The position numbers and the translations under genes were made by a program. Below the pieces are notes generated by a model, which worked only from the letters and a program-made list of their open reading frames with translations, was not told the origin of the DNA and did not search any database. Shown here piece after piece: positions 16,920 through 25,646 of a DNA stretch of 64,000 nt. The number at the start of each line of letters is the position of its first letter. Positions within the stretch are counted from its first letter, which is position 1. Source of the stretch: a virus; the IMG/VR virus record IMGVR_UViG_3300020601_000005; one strand, given 5' to 3'.

Positions 16920-16948
16920 TGTACATTAATCGTATATTGTGGTATAAT
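16920..16948 (+). promoter_or_regulatory. Early promoter
   Basis: TGTACA-N17-TATAAT. Confidence 0.85.
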
Positions 16949-16974
16949 AGTACCATCACAACGATTAATGTACT

Positions 16975-17208
16975 ATGGCAAATATACACTTCCTTAGAAA
17001 GATAGCAGTAGACGAGTTATGGGATACCATGTTCTTTGCTACCGGTCAACGTCCGGTCAAAGAAAAAACCCCTAACTTTTATATCCTGAAAGCCGATAAC
17101 CTTGAGCTGAAGATTCATTCTACTCGCAAGGTTATCGTCAACGGTGACACATGTCGTTCGGTACATGAAGCAAAGTATGTTGTAGCGGAGATCCTTTCAT
17201 TATGTTAA
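16975..17208 (+). CDS. Hypothetical protein
   Basis: First ORF after the promoter. Confidence 0.7.
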   Translation: MANIHFLRKIAVDELWDTMFFATGQRPVKEKTPNFYILKADNLELKIHSTRKVIVNGDTCRSVHEAKYVVAEILSLC

Positions 17209-17543
17209 TTTACACGCATCAACGTTCTAAGAAAAAAGCACGTAAACCCACCGCAGCTCAACGCGAGCTAGCAGCTTCTTGGGATGCTATCATGAATACG
17301 CATAAGCCCAAAAAACAAGTGGTATCAAAATCCGACTCATGGTCGTATTCTCTAGCGGCACCTCCAGGACGAGCCGCAACTACTAAGCACAAATCCGTCG
17401 ATACTGGTGGATTTGCAGCTAAAAAAGAATCTCCAAAATACACGGGCAGTAAAATGATTGGTATTGGAACTTTGCATAAGTCCAACGCCGTACCAGTATT
17501 TTGTGACGAAGAAGCCAAAGCAATGGCTAACATGCGCCGATAA
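17202..17543 (+). CDS. Conserved basic hypothetical protein of T4-like phages
   Basis: YTG..MIGIGTLHKSNAVPV...MRR C-terminus. Confidence 0.8.
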   Translation: MLIYTHQRSKKKARKPTAAQRELAASWDAIMNTHKPKKQVVSKSDSWSYSLAAPPGRAATTKHKSVDTGGFAAKKESPKYTGSKMIGIGTLHKSNAVPVFCDEEAKAMANMRR

Positions 17544-17567
17544 ATCTTATTTGTGATATAATACACT

Positions 17568-17825
17568 ATGAACTACCGTAAAGAACTATCCGAAGCATTC
17601 ATTGACCGTGATGCAGTTACATTAACCGAACTTAAGAACAAGCTTGTTGAAGATACCATCTTTTTAGATCAGTGGTTCGATGTCTTCATTGACAAGTTCT
17701 CAGATCTTATGGATACAGAAAAGCAAACTGCTCCAGTATGGAAAAAGTACTACCAACGATTTGATGAGTATAGTGATCTTAAGATTCAATTAAACACAGT
17801 GGAATATTATTTACAAAATGTCTGA
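17568..17825 (+). CDS. Hypothetical protein
   Basis: ATG 5 nt after TGA-TATAAT (17554-17562). Confidence 0.7.
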   Translation: MNYRKELSEAFIDRDAVTLTELKNKLVEDTIFLDQWFDVFIDKFSDLMDTEKQTAPVWKKYYQRFDEYSDLKIQLNTVEYYLQNV

Positions 17826-18072
17826 AAATCTAGAAACAGAAGCCGAACAACCATTGTTTAAGAGTGCATCACAGTTTTCAATGTATATTGAGAAGTCTGC
17901 GATAGCAAACCGAATGAGTCACATGGATGCAGTAATACAATATTGTGCTGACAACTATGTTGACCCAGATGATATTAAACACCTAATCAACAAGTCTCTA
18001 AAAGACAAGATTGAAGTTGATATGATTAATGAGAACATGCTACCAAAGCGTGCAACACTAGATATTGAATAA
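17818..18072 (+). CDS. gp33: Late transcription coactivator gp33
   Basis: FS..IE...MDAV..YC...LINKSLKDKI...N.LP motif; sits before gp59 and gp32. Confidence 0.85.
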   Translation: MSENLETEAEQPLFKSASQFSMYIEKSAIANRMSHMDAVIQYCADNYVDPDDIKHLINKSLKDKIEVDMINENMLPKRATLDIE

Positions 18073-18692
18073 TGGACGGATTTAAAGCATACAAATACTT
18101 TATGGCGGTGAGGTTACACTTCACTACTGATAAGTATGACGTATTCGAAAGTGGTGGAAGAGTAATGGGCTCTCGATCCACATTCGATAAAAGAAGGGAT
18201 CGAGGATTGTTTGAGAAGCTTGCAGAAAAGTTTTCATCAGACAAAGACTTGATTCAGTTCTTTGTTGCTAACTTTGCATACGGTAATAATGGAGTCGTTT
18301 ACTCAAGCGAATCACATGACCTATACGAATCTTGGCAAAACAGAAAGCAGTCTATCACACGTAGTTTTGAGGTCGATCTGATCGCACTATCACGAGTATT
18401 GGAGACTGAACGCAAACCATATGAATATTTGTTCGACACGGAAGATTGCTCTCCTCCTTTGTTGAATCTATATTTGAGTAAGGCAATATCATTGGAGACT
18501 ATGTCTATCATCAATGATCTAGATCCTTATCTTGACAAATGGGAACCGTTAATCATGTTATGGAAAGACGAATTTAGAATCATTCGAAAAGTTCGAAAGT
18601 TCGTAAAATATAATGAAAATGTGATACAATCAAAATATCAATCATTTAAAGAGGAGTTTTTGGAGCCAGATCATGGGACGCACATACACTAA
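18072..18692 (+). CDS. gp59: Helicase loader gp59
   Basis: AYK.FMAVRLHFT..KYD, F.KRRD..F.KL and ISLET motifs; synteny. Confidence 0.88.
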   Translation: MDGFKAYKYFMAVRLHFTTDKYDVFESGGRVMGSRSTFDKRRDRGLFEKLAEKFSSDKDLIQFFVANFAYGNNGVVYSSESHDLYESWQNRKQSITRSFEVDLIALSRVLETERKPYEYLFDTEDCSPPLLNLYLSKAISLETMSIINDLDPYLDKWEPLIMLWKDEFRIIRKVRKFVKYNENVIQSKYQSFKEEFLEPDHGTHIH

Positions 18693-18873
18693 TCAACGCG
18701 AATACGATGACCGCGATGCCCCGCGTAAAATTAAGGCAAAGCCACCAAAGCATTCGCGAAATATTTCAGGCAAAGGCATGCGTGTTATAAATAGTATGTC
18801 AGATGATGATTTCGATTTACAAGAATCAAATGAAACTAATGACAAATACGACGAATATACATCGACAACATAA
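18673..18873 (+). CDS. Hypothetical protein
   Basis: GGAG SD; basic then acidic 66 aa between gp59 and gp32. Confidence 0.6.
   Translation: MGRTYTNQREYDDRDAPRKIKAKPPKHSRNISGKGMRVINSMSDDDFDLQESNETNDKYDEYTSTT
18786..18793 (+). promoter_or_regulatory. T4-type late promoter
   Basis: TATAAATA about 100 nt before gp32. Confidence 0.65.
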
Positions 18874-18895
18874 CGTTAATACAAAGGAAAATAAA

Positions 18896-19801
18896 ATGGA
18901 TATCAATACACTTCGCAAAATGCGCAATTCAGACTTCGGTAAAATTGCTACAGCATTTGATAATGACTCTGGACCAGGCGGTGAAAAGAAGTCATATAAA
19001 GACGATCGCTTCTGGAAACTGGAAGCCGATAAAGCAGGTAACGCAACAGCCGTTATCCGATTCCTGCCTCGTCACCAGGAAGATGAACTACCTTGGGTTA
19101 AAGTTTGGAACCACGGTTTCCAAGGACCTACAGGCAAATGGTACATCGAAAATTCCCTTACAACCATTGGTAAAGATGATCCAGTATCAGAGTTGAATTC
19201 ACGTCTGTGGAATTCAGGTATTGATTCTGACAAGGATGTTGCACGCAAGCAAAAGCGTCGTTTGCAATATACCGCCAATATCTTGGTTATCTCTGATCCT
19301 AAGCATCCAGAGAATGAGGGTCAAGTGTTCTTGTTTAAGTTTGGTAAAAAGATCTTCGATAAGCTCATGGATAAAGCTAAACCAACTTTTGAAGATGAAG
19401 ATCCAATCAACGTGTTTGATTTGTGGGAAGGCGCTAACTTTAAATTGCGTATGCGCAAGGTTGAAGGTTATCCTAACTACGATCAATCCACATTCTCAGA
19501 GCCTTGTCCAGTTGCTGATAACGATGAGGATATTCTAGCTGTTGTTAACAAGCAATATGCTCTGAAAGAATTCTTGGATCCAGCAAACTTCAAGTCTTAC
19601 GACGAACTATCTAAGAAGTTGCAATCGGTTCTTAATGCCGCTCCTGCTCCAGCAATGACTGCTGAAAGTATGGATGAGGATGAAGCACCATGGACTGAGC
19701 CTAAGTCTGCACCTATTAATAAGGTCGTGGCTAGTTCTTCCGCTGATGATGACGATGAGGATGCGATGAGCTTCTTTAAGAAGATTGCTCAAGAAGACTA
19801 A
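18896..19801 (+). CDS. gp32: Single-stranded DNA-binding protein gp32
   Basis: DDRFWK, AVIRFLP, HGFQGPTGKWYIEN, FGKKIFDK, GANFKL and NYD.S.F motifs; acidic tail; SD AAGGA. Confidence 0.96.
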   Translation: MDINTLRKMRNSDFGKIATAFDNDSGPGGEKKSYKDDRFWKLEADKAGNATAVIRFLPRHQEDELPWVKVWNHGFQGPTGKWYIENSLTTIGKDDPVSELNSRLWNSGIDSDKDVARKQKRRLQYTANILVISDPKHPENEGQVFLFKFGKKIFDKLMDKAKPTFEDEDPINVFDLWEGANFKLRMRKVEGYPNYDQSTFSEPCPVADNDEDILAVVNKQYALKEFLDPANFKSYDELSKKLQSVLNAAPAPAMTAESMDEDEAPWTEPKSAPINKVVASSSADDDDEDAMSFFKKIAQED

Positions 19802-19829
19802 AAAAAAGGGGCCGCAAGGCCCCTTTTTT
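19801..19829. terminator. Bidirectional intrinsic terminator
   Basis: A7-GGGGCC-GCAA-GGCCCC-T6 between convergent genes. Confidence 0.92.
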
Positions 19830-19830
19830 A

Positions 19831-22524
19831 TTACCAAGCAGCTTTAGTAATATACTTACCAAACGACTTGTCTTGATTGCGCGTGGTCTTTGACATACCA
19901 ACATTCGTGCTACTATTATTGTTTTGTACATTAGTCGGAGCACTAACTACCACTGCTTGTTGCTGCTTTTTACCTGAAGCTTCAGCATTCTGAGCTGACG
20001 GGGTTGATATATCTGCACCAGGTACTGATGATCTAGACTTGAGTGCATTATCACGTGACCTATCTGCAATATCAGATTGCATTACTTTACTTGGTGGCTT
20101 GATTTCTCCACTTCCCACCTTATCACGATATAACATGTGCGCACGGCTTCTAGCTGCACGTTTGCTAGCTAGTGTAGCACCCTTCTTCTGTTCTTTATAA
20201 AGCTTCTGCCATTCTGGAGTCTTTTCTGCTTCACTTGCGATATACCCAGACATACCAAATGTTTTCGGCCTATTCAGGGTAGAAGTACTTTTTGAAGCAT
20301 CACTTGGAGCCGGCTGGACCGCTTCTCGTGTTTCCATTGCGCTATCGGCCTTAGCTTCTTTTTGCATTGAAACTGACTCGTCGCTTTTCTCTTGAGAGCT
20401 TACTGCCTTTTCTGCAGCCTTCTTACCTTTGTACTTAGCCATTGCTTCAGCCCAAGCTTCAGCTTCAGCTTCTCGCGCAATATTCTTGCGTGCTATGGTA
20501 GACATTCTACCCTTATATTTCTTTGCCTTCTCGTTGATAAGCTCGTTTTTACGCTTCTGGAATTCTTCGTAAGCTTTAGGATCATTTTTACGCATGTCAA
20601 TCGACATTTCAGCGTCACTCATTTCTCCAGATGCGTTAGGCTTCCAGCCAACAGTCTTAGTTCTGCCAGATCCGCCAGACTTACTAACAGCACCACCGCT
20701 AGCATCAGTTCTAGCAGAGCCAATGGCTTTGCCTAATGCAACGATCTTTTCATTTGGTAATTTGCTGATTGCCTTTAATTGATCTTCGTCAATATCTTTA
20801 AACTGACGCAATCCTTCTGCAAGAACTGTAATACCTTCACCAGCAGCCTGAACACCTGGACCAACTCTACCGATCTCGATCAGCTGTTCTACTGGTGATT
20901 TCTGACCACCGATTGCAGACAACAATCCGGATACTAAGTTAGTGACGCCTCCCACAGCATTTGCTGCACCAAATGCAACCATTGCAGCTGATAGTGCAGT
21001 CAATCCACCTGCCACGCTAAATAGATTAGATCCATCTACATCATTTAATTTTAGTATATTAGTTGCGAACGTTTCAAAAGCGTCGGCCGCTAGGTTTGCT
21101 GCGTATCCAAATGGTACTAGCGCAACACCTAATGCTCCAATAGCAAGAGCACCGGTAAACATTAATGGAGCTAGTGATCCCATGATAGCTCCTGCGGCAC
21201 CTAATGCAGTAATAGATATTGCCGCCTTGCCAAGATCTTCCCATGATAAATCACTGAATGTCTTAAGTGCGGCACCAACTCCATACAAAGCTAAAGCCAT
21301 TGCACCAAGTCCTAATGCACCTTTCAGCATCGTACCAATATTTCTACCCATCAGCTCGCCGACAGCAACTAATCCTGCTAATGCAATAGTCGCTTTTCCA
21401 ATCGATCCCCAATCGACTTCGTTAAATCCCTTAAGAGCTTTTGATAATACCCATAAAGCACCGGCAAATGCAGCGATACCTGCTGCCGCCTTTAGCATAT
21501 TTTTAAAACCACCTTTATCAAAGAAATTATTGAAGCTAGATCCAAAGCCGCCGCCAGATCCACCAGCTCCACCACCCGCTGTGCCCTTTCCACCAGAACC
21601 TCCGCCTTTGGAAATTTCTTCTCCATTAGCAGTCGCGCGAGTATTCTCTTCGATCTTTCCTAACAATGTAATTTGTTCATTGCGCCAGTCAGCATGTTCT
21701 CTTTCGGCTTCTGCTGCAGACGTCCCCTTTGGACGATCTGTGCCGGGTCCTTTCCAACCTGGTTCAAGACCTCCAGTTTTATTTTCAGTTCCTGTTTTGT
21801 CGCCACGATCAATAAGATCCTTCATTCTAGGATCTGCATTGCTCATCGTATTTGCCAACTCCTGGCGTATTGCTAGGAGTCCAGTCTTACCAATATCTTC
21901 GTCATTATATCCACGATCCTTTAGCGCTTTAATCTTCTTTTCATTGGCACGCATCTTGCGCGATGTTGCCTGTTGTATTCTAAATTCGCTAGCCGCTTCA
22001 GCTTCTGATTTTGAAGGATCGATCATTTTCTGATCTTTGATGTAATCCAATTTAGACTGTCTACGGTTAAGGGCCGTAGAAATAATACCACCTGAATCTC
22101 CCTTTACCATGCCGGTTTTATTTGCAAAACCTTTTAGCGTGAAAAAGTCTTTTACATTATCTTTAATTCCGCCAATACGTTCACCAATGGTTTTATATTG
22201 ATCACGACCAAGTGCCGTGCTAGTAATGTTGGCGGCACTACCACTAGTAAGAGCTTTGCCTAAAAACCCAGACTGCTTCTGTGTTTCATTAAGAAGCTTT
22301 CCCATGTTGGTATTGACTTTGTCGAATAAGCCAACTAGTTTTTCCATCTTCGAATTCATGGATATGCTAACCGCAACACCCGCCTGAGTGCTAAGAAGGC
22401 TTTCCCGCTGTTTATTCTCCTGAGCAGAGGTTAGAATGGAATTAGTTTTTGCGGCACGTTGGATGCCGGCAGATCTATCCACAGCAGACAAGCTTGTTCT
22501 TTGCTTTTCTAATAAGGCTTTCAT
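19831..22524 (-). CDS. Tape-measure/baseplate hub protein (gp29-like)
   Basis: 897 aa, Ala/Gly-rich helical repeats, C-terminal VVVSAPTNVQNNNS motif; downstream of gp26/gp51. Confidence 0.75.
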   Translation of the reverse strand: MKALLEKQRTSLSAVDRSAGIQRAAKTNSILTSAQENKQRESLLSTQAGVAVSISMNSKMEKLVGLFDKVNTNMGKLLNETQKQSGFLGKALTSGSAANITSTALGRDQYKTIGERIGGIKDNVKDFFTLKGFANKTGMVKGDSGGIISTALNRRQSKLDYIKDQKMIDPSKSEAEAASEFRIQQATSRKMRANEKKIKALKDRGYNDEDIGKTGLLAIRQELANTMSNADPRMKDLIDRGDKTGTENKTGGLEPGWKGPGTDRPKGTSAAEAEREHADWRNEQITLLGKIEENTRATANGEEISKGGGSGGKGTAGGGAGGSGGGFGSSFNNFFDKGGFKNMLKAAAGIAAFAGALWVLSKALKGFNEVDWGSIGKATIALAGLVAVGELMGRNIGTMLKGALGLGAMALALYGVGAALKTFSDLSWEDLGKAAISITALGAAGAIMGSLAPLMFTGALAIGALGVALVPFGYAANLAADAFETFATNILKLNDVDGSNLFSVAGGLTALSAAMVAFGAANAVGGVTNLVSGLLSAIGGQKSPVEQLIEIGRVGPGVQAAGEGITVLAEGLRQFKDIDEDQLKAISKLPNEKIVALGKAIGSARTDASGGAVSKSGGSGRTKTVGWKPNASGEMSDAEMSIDMRKNDPKAYEEFQKRKNELINEKAKKYKGRMSTIARKNIAREAEAEAWAEAMAKYKGKKAAEKAVSSQEKSDESVSMQKEAKADSAMETREAVQPAPSDASKSTSTLNRPKTFGMSGYIASEAEKTPEWQKLYKEQKKGATLASKRAARSRAHMLYRDKVGSGEIKPPSKVMQSDIADRSRDNALKSRSSVPGADISTPSAQNAEASGKKQQQAVVVSAPTNVQNNNSSTNVGMSKTTRNQDKSFGKYITKAAW

Positions 22525-22652
22525 TGATTTTGTCTTTCTAGTCGTAGTCGTTCTTCCTCCAGATACTGTAATAATAAGCTTACGTAAATCTCACGTTCAA
22601 AGGGTATCATAGATTCTAATTCTTCCAAACTATATTTATGATACTGCATCAT
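22521..22652 (-). CDS. gp51: Baseplate hub assembly catalyst gp51 (not in ORF track; frame open to 22706)
   Basis: MMQYHKYSLEELESMIPFEREIYVSLLLQYLEEE; ATGA-coupled to the tape-measure gene. Confidence 0.85.
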   Translation of the reverse strand: MMQYHKYSLEELESMIPFEREIYVSLLLQYLEEERLRLERQNQ

Positions 22653-22702
22653 GGCAAACGTACTTTTATAATAGCTTGCCAGCGTTTCATGATAAAGGTT
22701 TA

Positions 22703-23416
22703 TTAAAAAAAACTGTCGAGCCCTTTTATTACTAGTTCATGGTGGTGATTACATACTGGGCAATCAAATTTGATGTCTTGCTCCAGTTTAGGCATGGTTT
22801 CAAAGAAACTTTGAATTTTTGCAAACTGATCTTGTGTTAAATTCTCAATGAACTGAACTAGATCCTCTTTTGATTGTTCTTTAGATGCATACACTGTATC
22901 TGAATCATAAATGTATTCGATAGAATCTACGATAATGTCAAAAATTAATTCAACATTTCCTGCATTAAAGTCTTCTGTCTTCTTTAGCATCGCTAAACCT
23001 GGATAGTTCATCTTAACGCCAACACTATCAGATAGCTTAATTAAGCTGACGTGATCGGGATCAAACTTCACGTTTAACTTGGTTAAGTCAATTGGTATCT
23101 GAACCTTGGCTTTGTCATCGTTACATTCGGTGCATGAAAACACCGGTTCAACAACCTCACCAACAGATCTTGCACGTAGTTGGCAAAAGATATATTCAAT
23201 ATCAAATACTGCTAAAGTGTCTACATCGAGCTTTTCAAATGTACATGCCCTAATGACAGACTTAATAGTCTCGAGCATAGTACTTGCTTCTTCGCTCTCT
23301 TGAGCAATAAGCAAAGCTTTTTCTTCCTTCACAAGGAAAGGTCTGAATTTAATCTTTTCCTTTGTGGATGGTACAGTCAATTCGTACGTTGGGGTGTTTA
23401 TAATAGGTAAAGCCAC
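22703..23416 (-). CDS. gp26: Baseplate hub assembly chaperone gp26
   Basis: MALP...P.YEL..PST, FRPFLVKEEK.LL, LRARSVGE, two CxxC, FFETMPKL and GL.SFF motifs. Confidence 0.92.
   Translation of the reverse strand: MALPIINTPTYELTVPSTKEKIKFRPFLVKEEKALLIAQESEEASTMLETIKSVIRACTFEKLDVDTLAVFDIEYIFCQLRARSVGEVVEPVFSCTECNDDKAKVQIPIDLTKLNVKFDPDHVSLIKLSDSVGVKMNYPGLAMLKKTEDFNAGNVELIFDIIVDSIEYIYDSDTVYASKEQSKEDLVQFIENLTQDQFAKIQSFFETMPKLEQDIKFDCPVCNHHHELVIKGLDSFF
22705..22712 (-). other. Putative -1 programmed frameshift site (U8)
   Basis: AGT TTT TTT TAA at the end of gp26; the -1 frame continues into gp51. Confidence 0.7.
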
Positions 23417-23417
23417 A

Positions 23418-23858
23418 TCAATCTCCTCTTCTCATATTTTCGATCATTTTACTAAGTTCAGTTGTACTTCCAACAAATATAGCATTATTAGTTATATTTC
23501 CACCTGCTTGCGCTGTGGTTTGTTCTGTTTTCCCTCTAGATTCTAACTCCTGTCTCTTCGTATGAAGATCCACAAGTTGGTGATTAATATCGGATAGTTG
23601 TTTCATTAAACCTCCGACCACTTCGAACGCCCTAGGATGCTCAGAGCTCTGAGCAACTTCCAATGCATGTTCTAATGCAGTTTTTCCCTTGTTAAGAAGG
23701 GCATAAAGATTATTACGAGTATTCTCATAATCATCATCTATCTTGGTTTCTTTAACGACCTCTGGAGTCGTTTCAGTATAATCAACGATCTCCGTATTCT
23801 TACCTTGTATAGGTTCAACGTCAAAGACGCTACTCAAATTTTTATCAAGTTTACTCAT
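23418..23858 (-). CDS. gp16: Terminase small subunit gp16
   Basis: DYE.TR.NL, A.SSEHPRAFEV and NNAIFVGST.EL motifs. Confidence 0.88.
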   Translation of the reverse strand: MSKLDKNLSSVFDVEPIQGKNTEIVDYTETTPEVVKETKIDDDYENTRNNLYALLNKGKTALEHALEVAQSSEHPRAFEVVGGLMKQLSDINHQLVDLHTKRQELESRGKTEQTTAQAGGNITNNAIFVGSTTELSKMIENMRRGD

Positions 23859-23873
23859 ATTTAAAAACCATAG

Positions 23874-24608
23874 TTATGGGGCAATAGATAACGGATCAGT
23901 CCAAAGAGGTTCTAGTCTCTGTGGTGCGGTGTAGAATGAAGATACTATCTGTTCTGGTTTAGCACTAGTACTATATATTGTAGATTGATAATCCACGAAA
24001 TTGTTAACGAATGCGTCTTTGCCTAAAGCTGGTAGTGTATCAACAACAGTAGCATTTCCCACGGAAGTTGATGCACTATTGGCTGATTCAAACCATTCGT
24101 ATTGCATAGTAACACTTAACTTCATGATATCCCTGTTTGCATAGTCCAATTGAACTGCACCAATATTTTTTGGAAATGCATTAAACAATGTGGTAGTATA
24201 AACAGGAGCATTAGATGTGTCATACACATGGATAGACATCTGAGGACATATGTAATCAGATGGATAGTTAAAATCACGAGTAGTAATTGACTGTACAGAT
24301 TCAACCCATACGTCAAACATTCTCTTGATTAACAAATCTTTATCCATATAAAATGTCAATGTGACAGGTTCAAATATTCTCTCATAGGCAACTTCTCTGG
24401 TTTCTCCATATGAACGAACCGGGTTAGTTCCGAAAGATGTTCCTGGTAATTGCGCAGTATCACACATCAACCTAATCATTCGAAGATTTGATAGGAACGG
24501 TTCTTGCCTTGAATTTAGTGTTGGAGGAGCATTTAACTCGACCAAGAATCGATTCGATTTAGACAGACCGCTAGCGCGGATGTTGCTTTTAAATTCTTGT
24601 ATACTCAT
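23874..24608 (-). CDS. Tail tube initiator gp54-like (gp19 fold)
   Basis: NRF.V, C..AQLPG, LTFY.D, F..W, FPK and L.VT..Y motifs. Confidence 0.75.
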   Translation of the reverse strand: MSIQEFKSNIRASGLSKSNRFLVELNAPPTLNSRQEPFLSNLRMIRLMCDTAQLPGTSFGTNPVRSYGETREVAYERIFEPVTLTFYMDKDLLIKRMFDVWVESVQSITTRDFNYPSDYICPQMSIHVYDTSNAPVYTTTLFNAFPKNIGAVQLDYANRDIMKLSVTMQYEWFESANSASTSVGNATVVDTLPALGKDAFVNNFVDYQSTIYSTSAKPEQIVSSFYTAPQRLEPLWTDPLSIAP

Positions 24609-25186
24609 CTCTTAATAGACTCCGTCCAAATTTTGTTTTTATTATTTCCCACAAATCTTTCAACTGGCAGCATCATTGCTGTATGCCAATCTGATGGTGC
24701 AACTTCAATAAATTGCGATTCTACGTGACCCATCAAATAGTGTTTAACACATGGAGCAGCAAACTTAAACTTAGAGGCTCCTGATATTAAGTTCCACGAG
24801 TATTTAATCTTGGTGGTCTCATCAAAATTTTTATTATTGGCAAACTGCATCAATCTAGTCATTAGTTGAACTCTATGCCAATGCGGCAAATAGTGCATAT
24901 TCAATCCCATGAAACCATCCTTTGATTTCTGGTATGGAAATACTAATGGGAAAGTGTCGTAATGCGCTAGAGTGTCCTTTGTTTTAGGATCATAATAAAA
25001 CATATACAACTTACCAGGCATAACTCTAGAAGTCAATCTTTGCTCTGAGAAAAGCTTTCTCTCTTGTAATCGTTTAACACCCAATACTCTGGCCTGTTGC
25101 TGAAACCAAGTCTTGGAATTGTCAGCGATACTCCTATCGTATTGGTACTTTACGAAATAAGAATTTAAATCTTGTGGATTCTTCAT
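24605..25186 (-). CDS. gp2: DNA end protector gp2
   Basis: YMFYYDPKTK, YD.FPL, GLNMHYLP, CVKHYL and LP.E.F motifs. Confidence 0.9.
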   Translation of the reverse strand: MKNPQDLNSYFVKYQYDRSIADNSKTWFQQQARVLGVKRLQERKLFSEQRLTSRVMPGKLYMFYYDPKTKDTLAHYDTFPLVFPYQKSKDGFMGLNMHYLPHWHRVQLMTRLMQFANNKNFDETTKIKYSWNLISGASKFKFAAPCVKHYLMGHVESQFIEVAPSDWHTAMMLPVERFVGNNKNKIWTESIKR

Positions 25187-25605
25187 TTAATACCTAGTTC
25201 TCTTTCGGTTATAATAATAAATTCCCAGCCCCTACGCTCTGCGTAATCTCTTGCATATTGCCATTTGGCTTGGTTTACCAAATACGTTTGAGCTTCGGCC
25301 AGAAACCTTTTTGTACGTTTAGTACTTTCCGGCTTCCGGGTCTGGGCTTCAGGTTTAATCTCAACAAGGAACGTTTTACCTCCCTTGGTCTGTATTCTAA
25401 AGTCAACAAAATAACGATGTGGTTTGTTATCTATTGGAGAGATATACGGAACAATAGTTTCTTCTGATGACCATTTAACTATATCTGGATTCTTGTCACA
25501 CCAAAGCGCAAAGCGCGTTTCCCAACTAGATCGCATAACGATGTTGGTATAATCCCCTGCGTATTTCTCGGGGTATAATGGTTTGTATATCCGCTTGTGG
25601 TACAT
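25183..25605 (-). CDS. gp4: Head completion nuclease gp4
   Basis: RSSWE, WSSEE, HRYFVDF, VEIKP, NQAKW and TE.EL motifs; ATG at 25605. Confidence 0.92.
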   Translation of the reverse strand: MYHKRIYKPLYPEKYAGDYTNIVMRSSWETRFALWCDKNPDIVKWSSEETIVPYISPIDNKPHRYFVDFRIQTKGGKTFLVEIKPEAQTRKPESTKRTKRFLAEAQTYLVNQAKWQYARDYAERRGWEFIIITERELGIK

Positions 25606-25612
25606 ATAAATA
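25605..25612 (+). promoter_or_regulatory. T4-type late promoter for the gp48 operon
   Basis: TATAAATA. Confidence 0.8.
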
Positions 25613-25631
25613 GATATAGTCTTACTACTCT

Positions 25632-25639
25632 TATTTATA
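25632..25639 (-). promoter_or_regulatory. T4-type late promoter for the gp4 operon
   Basis: TATTTATA on + strand (TATAAATA on -). Confidence 0.8.
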
Positions 25640-25646
25640 TACTCCA

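Noticed and set aside
20942-22033. 363-aa + strand ORF (also 20392-20736)
   Set aside because: Antisense shadow of the Ala/Gly-rich tape-measure gene, with no SD or motifs
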